Assembly (NCBI GenBank): GCA_951406725.2
Contig: OX597827.1
Location: 3,782,001 to 3,846,000, forward strand
DNA: 64,000 nucleotides
Source of the DNA: Octopus vulgaris
Taxonomy: Eukaryota
Direction: 5' to 3'
Shown: positions 53,632 through 64,000 of the stretch, piece by piece
Layout of the letters: each line of letters opens with the position of its first letter
Position numbering within the stretch: the first letter of the stretch is position 1
The notes under the pieces: model-generated
Told to the model about the DNA's origin: nothing
The model's database searches: none
The model's input: the letters and a program-made list of their open reading frames with translations, nothing else
Translations under genes and position numbers: made by a program

Positions 53632-54621
53632 TTCATTCATTCATTCATTCATATAAGGTAGGGAGCTGGCAGAGTTGTCAGCATACTGGACAAATGCTTA
53701 GCGTCATTTTGACAGTCTTTACATTTCCAGTTCAAATTTCACCCGGATCCCACATTGCCTCTCATCCTTTCAGAGTCAATAAAATAAATACCAGTTGAGC
53801 AGTGCAGCTGATGCAATCAAGCCCCTCCCCACAAATATTTGTGTCTATTGTAAAAAGAATTTTATATGTCATTACTTTTTCAGTTGGCAGAAATTACAAA
53901 GGGACTCAAAGGCAAATATTTTAGAGCAGTAGTAATTAGATATAGCACTATTTCATTATTTATATTTGTATGTGTATTATAAAAAAATCATACTTAAATG
54001 CTAACAAACACTAACTAAAGAATCAAGAGTGGTTAGTTTAATCAGGCTGTTTGTCATAGCCAACCACTGTTTCTGCAAATTAAAAAGCCACCTTTGACCC
54101 ATACAATGCTGTATTAACAGTGTTATAGGTTCTCAGGCAAAGCAATTTATGGGAAATTAAAAGCTCTTACACAAAAATTTCCTTCCATTATGTCTGTGTT
54201 AATCTGTTTTTATTAAGGAGGGTTTTCATAATCAATAATTTTAATCAAAACTTCTCCAACTAGATTGAGTATAGATGTGGGGTTAGAAGTTTGCTTCACA
54301 AACACATGGCTCTGGGTTCAGATCACAGCATAGAATCTCAGGCAATTTGTCTTCTACTATATCCTTGTGCCACCCAAATACTCGTGAGTGGATTTGATGG
54401 ATGGAAACCAAAAGAAGTCCATTATATATATATTCTTTTATTATTTTTTTGTTTTTCTTGTTTCAGTATTTGACTGCAGCCATCCTGGAGCACTGCCTTT
54501 AGTCTATACATATATAGTATATACATATTTATGTATGTATGTATGTATGTATGTATGTATGTATGTATGTTTATGTATGTATGTATGTATGTATGTATGA
54601 ATGTAGTCTATACATATATAG

Positions 54622-54653
<32 letters not shown>

Positions 54654-55282
54654 CGTATGTATGTATGTGTCTTTGCGTTTGTGCTGTGTTTGTCCTTTAC
54701 CAACACCTGGCAACCAGTGTTGGTTTGTTTATATCCCCTTAACTTAGTGGTTCAACAAAAGAGACCACTAGAATAGGTGCCAGTTTCTAAAAATAAAATA
54801 AGTACTGGGGAAAATCTGTTCAACAGAACCCTTCAAGGTGGTGCTCCAGCATGACCATAGTCCAATCACTAAAACAAGTAAAAGGTAAACAACAAAAGAT
54901 ATGTGCATGCATTCACTCACTCTCTTTCTCTTTCACACACACACAAACACACACACGTGCTATACTATAACAGTCACATATCTAGATTCTGAGTCAAGAC
55001 GTCATATGAAGACAGAGGTAAATATCTTCTCTGTATGTGGTATCATAGTATTTGTTTATTGACCACAGTTCAGATCACAAGACCAGTCATGGTTCTTGGC
55101 CAGCTGCTCCATATACTCATGCATTAAAGATGACTCTGTCAAATGCGATCTTATGCGGAGTGCAGAGTTTGCCTGCAGCTTACCAAAGAAAGGATACAAG
55201 TGAACCAGTGATTGGTCCACTCCAAACTTATGACTGATGACACCAATCTTGACAAAATGTGATACAAAATTTTGAAAATATG

Positions 55283-55316
<34 letters not shown>

Positions 55317-55406
55317 AAAAATGGTGAAATATAATTAATTTAATAAAATTAATAAATTTCACCTAGTAGATTTATCTGTATGGAAAAGACCATATTTGGT
55401 AAGAAT

Positions 55407-55580
55407 TATATTAATTATAATAAAGGGTTAATTGCAAATTAATTACAAATTCTGTTTGTTTGTGGAGACTTTTTTATTAGTAGGAGAAATAGTGATCAAT
55501 TTGGCTGCTGTTTCTAATATTTTCGGTATGTGGTTTTGAGCAACTTGTTGCAATTAATCCTTTATTATAATTAATATATA
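55407..55580. repeat. Inverted-repeat cassette between (TA)n tracts
   Basis: TATATTAATTATAATAAAGGGTTAATTGCAA pairs with TTGCAATTAATCCTTTATTATAATTAATATA. Confidence 0.75.
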
Positions 55581-55726
55581 TATATATGTTCTAATTCTTA
55601 AGGTGCTTCTCTAGATATAGCCAACATTAATTTGAGGTTGAAGAAGAGCAGAGCAAGAAGAATATACATCAGCTTGTGTATATATGTATAAAGATATGAT
55701 TTTGTGTTTCTATGCATGTGTATATA

Positions 55727-55779
<53 letters not shown>

Positions 55780-56324
55780 AAGATGATGTGTAATAGCTTA
55801 ATCCTATTATGTGTATATATAAATATTTGCATCACTTTGTTGTGTATGAGTATGTGTAAGCGTGTATGAGTGTGTATTTGTGTGTGTAAACATATAATGC
55901 ATTTATATATACTTGTATGTATGCATGTACGTATTTATATATATTGTGTGTGTGTATATATGTACATCTTTTATTTGTTTCAGTCATTGAACTGCGGCCA
56001 TGCTGGGGCATGCCTTGAAGGGTTTAGTTGAACAAATTGACCCCAGTACTTAGTTTTTAAGCTTGGTATTTATTCTATTGGTCTCTTATGCTGATCAATA
56101 TATCCATCTATCTATTTCTTTTAGTTCATCTCCCGCTTCTTTCTCACTCATATTTATAAATATATAGATAATTTATATATTCATTGTGTGTGTGTGTATA
56201 TATAAGTTATAAATATGTATTATATTATATATGTAAATGTATATATATATATATATATATTATATTTATATTTATATAAAATACATATATATATATATAT
56301 ACATGTGTGTGTGTATGTATGTGT

Positions 56325-56398
<74 letters not shown>

Positions 56399-57167
56399 TT
56401 CGCCTGTGCACACATGCAATAGCACTAACCTCTCTACAGAGGAATCTATCCATCATTTAGAATTTATTACAACAGAAATCCATTCCATATGTAAGTGTGT
56501 GTGTGTGTAAAACGAATCCATAATAATGTAGAAGTTCTCAAGTCTTAAAGCATAACTCAAGTAGTTGCCACTGGGGAATCACTTATTTGAACTTGGAACC
56601 GATTGCTTGGCAACCATCAAGTTAAGACAAATAAACTATGTGCTGTGTATCTGTAACTGTGAAAAAAAAAAATATATAGATGAATCATTGTCATAATTTG
56701 GTGCAGGCATGGCATGGCTGTGTGGTTAAGAAGCTGTTTTTGAAACCATGAGGTCTTGGTCTCAGTCCTATTCTGTGGCATCTTAGGCAACTGTCTCAAG
56801 GTTGACCAATGCCTTGTGAATGAAACTGTGTGGAACCTGTCATATACACACATGTATGTATGTGTGTCTGTGTGTCTGTGTGTTTGTCCCCCCACTATGC
56901 TTTTACAGCTTCATGAAAGAGCAGTTCAGCAAAAGTGACCACTAGAATAAGCACTACCTTTAAAAAATAAGTACTGGAGTCAATTTGTTTGACTAAAACC
57001 TTCAAGATGGTGCCCCAGCATGGCCACCGTCAAACGACTGCAACAAGTAAAAGACAAGAGAAATGGAGAGAAGAGTAATCATCGTTTTGGATTAACCTTT
57101 TGTTTGAGACATAGAACTTTTTTTTACATCTGGCCAAAGACATCAGATTTCTCCAGGCGCAGCTCAT

Positions 57168-57330
57168 AGGCACAAAGGTGGCTGTGTGGTAGGAAACTTG
57201 CTTACCAACCACATGGTTCCGGGTTCAGTCTCACTGTGTAGCACTTTGGGCAAGTGTCTTCTACTATAGACTCGAGCCAACCAAAGCCTTGTGAGTGGAT
57301 TTGGTAGATGGAAAATAAAAGAAGCCTGTC

Positions 57331-57407
<77 letters not shown>

Positions 57408-57626
57408 CGTGTGTGGATTTGTGTGTTGTGTTTGTCCCCCCACCATCGCTTGACAAGCAATGTTGGTGCGTTTACGTCCCCATAATTTAGCAGTTTGGCA
57501 AAAGCGGCCAATAGAATAAGTGCTAGGCTTACAAAGGATAAGTCCTGGGGTCGATTTGTTTAACTAAAGACGGTGCTCCAGCATGGCTGTAGTCAAATGA
57601 CTGAAACAAGTAAAAGAATAAAAGAA
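57168..57626 (+). mobile_element. SINE family B, full-length copy with internal TA/TG microsatellite
   Basis: tRNA-like head TGGCTGTGTGGTAG...GGGTTCAGTCTCACTG, tail CCAGCATGGCTGTAGTCAAATGACTGAAACAAGTAAAAGA; further copies near 2155, 3420(-), 16920(-), 17625(-), 31920, 54270, 55965(-), 56705 and 60815(-). Confidence 0.88.
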
Positions 57627-57759
57627 TATTGAAATTCATTGTACATATGTGTATGAGTGTTAAGTGTGAATTTAGACTCTCCTCTTTCGTAACAAATTAC
57701 AAGACGTTGTAAATTTCTACAGATTCCCAATAATATATATTCTGTATGTGTTATCTGCG

Positions 57760-57810
<51 letters not shown>

Positions 57811-58887
57811 GTATATATATATATCTATCTATATATATAATATATATCTATATATATATATATATATATATATATAACCTCTATATATAATATATATATG
57901 TATGTATATATGTATGTACACACACATGTATATACATATGTGTGTGTGTGTGTTTGTTATCTGTATTGCATATATATATATATGTGTGTTATCTCTACTT
58001 GCAGCTAACTAAGGCTAACAACAACTGCACAGTTTCTTGTAAACTCTAATCTAATTAATGTGCACAGCATGGTCTGATAGCACCATTATCATTACCTTTT
58101 TAAAAGCGATTAATGCAGGTATGTATATTTGTATGCTTCTATTGCGCAGAGTCTAGTGTTATTTTTATATCATTTTATGTGCTATGTTGTGAATGTGGGT
58201 GTACGTGTATATAGATATGTGTGGGCGTGAGTGTGTATGTGTGCATGTGTGCATGTGTGCATAACGAGATGTGTGTTTGAGTGTGTGTGCATGCGTATGT
58301 CCATTATTGTGTATATTGTGTGCATGTGTGTGTGTTATGTTTGTTATATGTATACATATATGTGAGACATGCATGCATTTATGTGTCTGTGTTTCACTGT
58401 GTGTGTGTTGGTGTGTGTACGCGTGTAGTTTGGTTGTTTCTCACTTGAAGTAGGATAAGGATAAGAAATGTGAGATAAAAACAAAGCAGCAGATAAAAAT
58501 TACAAAATAAAATTAAATACTTGCATACACACACTCACATACACAAACATATATATATACTAACAAGCACACACATAACTACAAATATACACACATTCGT
58601 ATATATATATACATACATAAACATTTTATAAGTGTATATAAATATTGTGTGCCCCCTTAATAAGTGTCTTTTGCTGTAGTTCCAGGCTGACCAAAGATAT
58701 GATTTGATTTGATAGATAGAAGCAGTGTGGAAGACCATCATATACAGACATTAGTTCTTCCCTGATGATGTGTTGTGGTTAAGCTTCCCACTGTACCTGG
58801 AACATCAAATGCAGAGTTCCAAATAACCATAATGGTAAAATATATGTATCTAAAAATAATATAAACTTGTGATTATCATAATTTGTC

Positions 58888-58920
<33 letters not shown>

Positions 58921-59033
58921 ATAGAATAAGTACCAGGTTTAAAAAGATAAATACTGGGGTTGATTCATAGAATTAAAATATATATGGAAAAAAAGTCAAG
59001 ATAGAAAATGGTAAAATAATTTTATATAAAACA

Positions 59034-59075
59034 TTTCAGTACCGGTTTCAGTCATTGGGACTTTTTCAACTGTAA
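59034..59075 (-). ncRNA. Minimal hammerhead motif with U3:A8 covariation (left arm)
   Basis: 5'-TTACAG TTGAAAA AGTC CCAAT GACT GAAA CCGG TA CTGAAA: 4-bp stem II, palindromic stem III ACCGGT, GUA triplet, stem I with one mismatch. Confidence 0.7.
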
Positions 59076-59261
59076 GTTTGGAAAGCAATTAAATTTTTGA
59101 AAAATTATAAGAAAATTTTTTTAAAAGAATATTTTCATGGCATTCAAATACAAGTAGCAGGCAGAAACAAGGAAAATGGCACTTGTATTCGAACACTTTG
59201 CAAATATTCATTTAAAGAACTTTTCTTTTAATTTTTCCAAAATATAATTGTTTTCCATAGG

Positions 59262-59302
59262 TACAGTTGAAAAAGTCTCAATGACTGAAACTGGTATTCA
59301 AA
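59262..59302 (+). ncRNA. Mirror-copy hammerhead motif (right arm)
   Basis: TACAG TTGAAAA AGTC TCAAT GACT GAAA CTGG TA TTCAAA; core and stem II intact, stem I weakened. Confidence 0.55.
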
Positions 59303-59384
59303 TGTTTTTTTATAAAATTATTTTAGCATTTTCTATCTTGACTTTTTTTTCATATATATCAACTCATGTGTTCCTTTACAACCT

Positions 59385-59421
<37 letters not shown>

Positions 59422-59984
59422 CTAAGAGTAAATCTACATGTGAGTGACTAAAAAGTATACATCATGATCAAGCAGCAATGCTTCTTTTCTGTGACCAGAA
59501 AAAGGAGGCTGATCTGATTGGTTTCAGTATTTACTACAGCTTTATCAAGCTTAGGTTTCTACCTTATGATCGCAGAGAGACTGACGTATTATTGCCCTAA
59601 TTTACATAACAATTGTGCAAATAGATGCAAGCGTTAATTAATAAGTAGAAAGCCAGCATTGCATTTCAATAATTCGTCTTAATGTAAACTTTTGGATGCA
59701 TGTTTGTAGTAAACACATAAACGAAAGGTTGCCTTAGATACCAGTTTATATAAATACTGTGTAAGTACTGATATACATACATACATGCATGCACACATAC
59801 ATACATACATACATACATACATGCATGCATGCATACATACATACATACATGCATGCATACATACATACATACATACATACATACATACATACATACATAC
59901 ATACATACATACACACACAGTACATATACAGTAATTCATTTTGCAGCCATCATATACTACCAAATATAAAGTATATGTATATAT

Positions 59985-60500
59985 CAAAATACAGCTTAGG
60001 TGGTAAGGTCATCTCTCATGTATGAGTGATATCAGAATTCTGAAGCAACTTCCCTTTCACTACTTCCCAACAAGAAGATCAGTTGGAAGGCCACTCTTGC
60101 ACTTCAAAGGCAAACTAAAAGACAGTCTGAAGTGATGCAACTTTCCTTTTCTTCCTCGAAAAGCAAAGCATCAGAACGCAGAACCTGGTGCCAGTCTTGC
60201 TTTTCAGTTAAAAGATTTGAGCACAGTTGACTCCAACATCGAGACCAGCTTCGTGCAAGCATGAAGGCATGTTGGCAAAATGCTCTTCCTCGAAATGGAA
60301 ACCTTACCTGTCATTGTGGTTTTGTGGCACAAATCAAAGCAGGCCTTGCTATCCACTCAAGAGAACACAAGTCCTCAACTTGTTCCATTGGCCAAAAGGT
60401 TTTCAAGGCACCAACAGGCCGCAAGAGACAGATTTGTGTCCATAGAACATGGTCGACACTTTATTTTACTGAACCCTCACTTGTCGTTCATGACAAGAGA
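59985..60500 (+). mobile_element. RTE-clade LINE 3' fragment
   Basis: IQLRW*GHLSCMSDIRILKQL...RRSVGRPLLHFKGKLKDSLK*C...ASERRTW...TCHCGFVAQIKAGLAIHSREH, the typical RTE C-terminus with a Cys/His finger. Confidence 0.8.
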
Positions 60501-60690
60501 ATCCATCATATGCATATGTGTGCGTGTGTGTGTGTGTGTGTGTTATAAACATTATGGAAGCCTGGCATGTATGTGAGTATATGTGTCTGTATATGTTTAT
60601 GTTTGTATGAATTTATGTTATATAACATATAAGTGAGTTTTTGTGTCTCTGTGTGTATATTCGCTCTCTCTCAATATATATATATATATA

Positions 60691-60780
<90 letters not shown>

Positions 60781-61119
60781 TAAATGCATAATACATACAG
60801 GCATATGCACACACGTATGGCAGGCTTCCATAAAGTTTCCTTCTATCAAATTTACTCAGAATTCTTTGGTTGGCCCATGGCTATAATATAACAATATAAA
60901 GCACTTGGTTCACTGCAGACCTCATATAAATATGTGTATACACACTCTCACATGCATACATATTTAGACCAACAGATATTGATATACAGATATATATTGA
61001 CGCATACGTATACATATATACATATTTATATACACTTACGTATCCATATGAATATATATATATACATACGCATACACATATAATATACACACACATATAT
61101 GTGTGTATATATTTATATA

Positions 61120-61151
<32 letters not shown>

Positions 61152-61214
61152 CTTATATACACACACACACACACATATATATATACATACATCCATGCAT
61201 ATATATATAGATTG

Positions 61215-61250
<36 letters not shown>

Positions 61251-62079
61251 CGAGAGAGAGAGATGAATAAATGTGTAATTCTATACCTATCTGTGTGTAT
61301 GTGTGTGTGTGCGTGTGTGTATGTCTGTGTGTGTGTGTTAGAGAAGCAACTCATTTAACAACTATTTACTCTTTCTACTGTTTACGACCAAACTAGAAAA
61401 TACAAATAGGTATAAAAACACATGCATGTATATATATAGATGTATGTGTGTGTGTGTGCTTATTTCTATTTCTGTTATATATGTATGTATACACACTTAT
61501 ACACAATTGGAAAGTCTTTTTTTTTTATGTTTCTTTAAGATGTTTATTTTAACTCGGAATCTATTCTGACTTCATTACTGCATGAGTAAACAGAGAGAAA
61601 ACAGAATAAATGAAAAAGAAAAGAAATTATTTCTTGCAAGAGACATTATAGGAGTTGGCATTTTTTGTTTCTTATCAGGCAGGGGAATCATTTTATAAAA
61701 AAAACTTTGGCAAATTTCTGGAAAATCTAAATTTTTTACACATTTTCAGTTCTGATTTATGACTATATTTTTCCTTTTTTTTTTTCTGTTTCTCTGAGTA
61801 AGGCATGTATGTGTGCTGAGGATTCCCATTCTTCCATGCCTTGTATAACTTTCAGGTTCCAGTTCCTATCTGTTTTGCATTGTGACCCATTTTGGCTAAT
61901 CAATATTTCTCAATGGCCTTTTATTTTTTAAATTTATTTCCCTGGGTTTCACTAAATGTTTGATATTTTTTTCTTCTGCAAATATTCCTAAAATTTTTGT
62001 TTGCTGTAAATTTTGTATTGTCTCCTTACTGTAGCTTATGTTGTTTATTGTCTATAATAGAATAAGCAAAACAGTAAAT

Positions 62080-62754
62080 TGGGGATCCACAGTAGTATTT
62101 TAAGGGTCCATGTAAAAGGGTTGATTTAGATTTATTTATATAGTGAGAGTAGAGAGGCAAGTTTTGTCTAGTGAATGTTTCAAAAAAAGATGGGTGAATG
62201 TAGCAAGGATGGCATGTATGAATGACAAAGCCACCTTGAGCAATATCCTATGAACCCGGAAAAATTTAAAACAGAGGGTTACTTACTTGCAAACAAATGT
62301 GTTAATATGTGACATTATTGACCGAGGTTACTGTAGTCTTTTCTGAAGGCTTTTCTTTCCACGGATAAACCTTATCTGCTTCCCCCTTTACACTTTACAT
62401 CATGACATTTCTGTGATACACGATCCCTACTGATCGTTTTTTTTCCTCCGTTTTATGATCCCTTTTGATAGAAAACCTACCCCACTATTTTTGTTTTCTG
62501 CCCAAAAAGAAAAGCCCTACTTTGTAATCTGTCCTGTCTGTATGCAGCCCTGTGTGGCTAATAAAGAAACATATATAGCAAGAAGCAACTAAATTTCATC
62601 CTCAAACATTGTGTTAATGAGTCAAATGTAAAATTGGAATTTTGAAAGAAGTGTGTATAAAACTAGTTTATAAATATTGAAGGGTTATAAGATCAACCAG
62701 GATAAAATAGTGACAAAAGGGGTCCATAGCTAAAAGATGGTTGAGAGTCACTGT
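62080..62754 (+). mobile_element. hAT-like MITE fragment carrying a nested L1/Tx1-like 3' end (about 62143-62575)
   Basis: Right end GGGGTCCATAG..GGTTGAGAGTCACTG resembles hAT termini. The insert reads VRVERQVLSSECFKKRWVNVARM..NIL*, then a UTR ending AATAAAGAAAC, and is flanked by TATATAG. Confidence 0.5.
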
Positions 62755-63184
62755 TCCTGAATATTTTTGTATTTGGACATATGCTTTAAATGCAAAATAA
62801 TTTTCCTTTACAACCCTTTTAGAATTGTATCATGACCCATAAGTTGGGAACAACCAATTTGTTAATGTTTTGTGCCTATGAGAGACATTAATTTTATTTT
62901 GCACAAGTCTTTTAGTTCTTAGTTGTATCTGTAACTCTTCAATGGTGTTACTAGTATCTAAGAGGAAGGTTTGACTACTGCAATTTCCATTTTTTTCCCC
63001 TGTGGGAAATTGATTTTTTTTTTGTTTTGTTGCACACTCATATGAAATGTTTAATTTAACTTTCACATAGTTTAAGTACATGATTGAAGTCATTAAAGAA
63101 AAACAAAAAAAGAATTGGGGTTGCCTTAAATCCTGACACCACCATAAGATCCAGTCTTGATTGTTGTGTGGTAGCTGTATGTGT

Positions 63185-63545
63185 CAGTAACCCTTAGAGC
63201 TATGCTGGTGGAGTACAAGCTCATGGTAAGGCCTCCCATCCTGGATAGGTCGAAAGATAGAGGACAGACTGATATGAACCACCTCTTCTTAGAGATAAAT
63301 AGGGGTCTTCTTAGAGCACAGTTTCTAAAGCATCAGTGACAGTTCAAAATAAGAAAGACCTGGGAGAGGAAGGTCTTCCCTTAGGAAAACATTCAACACA
63401 ATGTAGTAAAAACAAAAAGGAGACTGAGGCTAAGTTGAAAAAAAAATAGGGTTCCAACTGGAGAGAAGTAGAAAAACATGGCAGTCATGAGAACAGTGGA
63501 GAAAAGGTCTAATGCTCTACAGGAAGCAAAGGTCTCAAATAAGTT
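63185..63545 (+). mobile_element. Decayed RTE-like remnant
   Basis: RRETEAKLKK..NWREVEK..CSTGSKG-like C-terminal residues; the 5' piece AGAGCTATG..TGGA..CAAGCTC resembles 12505-12565. Confidence 0.45.
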
Positions 63546-64000
63546 GAGTCCTTATGGGGCTGTAGGGGGTGCTGTCTTAGGGTTTTTAAAGCCTGTTAGG
63601 ACCCCATTTTCTCCAGTTCTGAACAGGGATGATTTATTCCCAAGAGAAAGAAAGATAGTAGGATTTGAACCCAGGACATAAAGAGTTACAAGAAATGTTG
63701 TTAAGCATTTATCGAAATGCTAACAATTCTGCCAGCTTGCCACTTTAAGGAGACATTTCATGATGGTATTTACAACTTGCCACTATTTAGCACCAGTTTA
63801 ATCTTGATTAAGCAAACTTAAGATCAAAGACATCACTATCAATTAGCAAAATATTGTCCATTTATTCTTTTTGTTCAAAGATAGAATGGTGTGGTTTGAG
63901 GGAATTCAGCTGTTATTTCTTAGGGGTTATGACCACATTGAGGTTCCCTTATGACAGTGTATTTACAAGTGTTGTGGAATGGAAAACGGTAATGGTAAAA

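Larger units (their letters stand above)
58981..59356. repeat. About 375-bp fold-back element (arms about 170 bp) with TA-rich ends
   Basis: AAAAAAGTCAAGATAGAAAATGGTAAAATAATTTTATA..TACCGGTTTCAGTCATTGGGACTTTTTCAACTGTA..AATACAAGT is mirrored on the right arm. Confidence 0.92.

Noticed and set aside
58755-58825. Plus-strand CTGATGA followed by a hairpin and GGAAC
   Set aside because: GAAA is altered and stems I and III cannot be formed convincingly; at most a relic.
59505-59555. Minus-strand TTGATAA...GAAAC motif
   Set aside because: No stem I or stem III pairing.
41260-61354. Numerous YI/CV/MYV/HT-repeat ORFs up to 199 aa
   Set aside because: Stop-free frames of (TA)n, (TG)n and (TATG)n tracts.

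Overview
AT-rich, microsatellite-dense animal genomic DNA, most likely a coleoid cephalopod (Octopus-like, judged from the protocadherin type and repeat landscape). The only host gene supported is a minus-strand protocadherin. One large exon (CDS 29098-26681) encodes the signal peptide, six cadherin repeats, transmembrane helix and proximal tail. It is followed by two phase-compatible small exons (10457-10307, 1199-1153), and the gene probably continues past the left edge. The rest is SINEs, LINE remnants (R4/Dong-like, RTE, L1/Tx1-like), a decayed Penelope-like element, mariner/piggyBac/hAT-type MITEs and simple repeats; nearly all other listed ORFs are microsatellite artefacts. The most notable observation is seven type I hammerhead-ribozyme motifs at five loci, in short unrelated cassettes next to (TA)n or (TG)n tracts. 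Two cassettes are palindromes with outward-facing ribozyme pairs, and three motifs carry a U3:A8 core covariation. Two motifs lie in sense orientation inside the 16-kb protocadherin intron. All folds were read by eye and none has been computed or tested.
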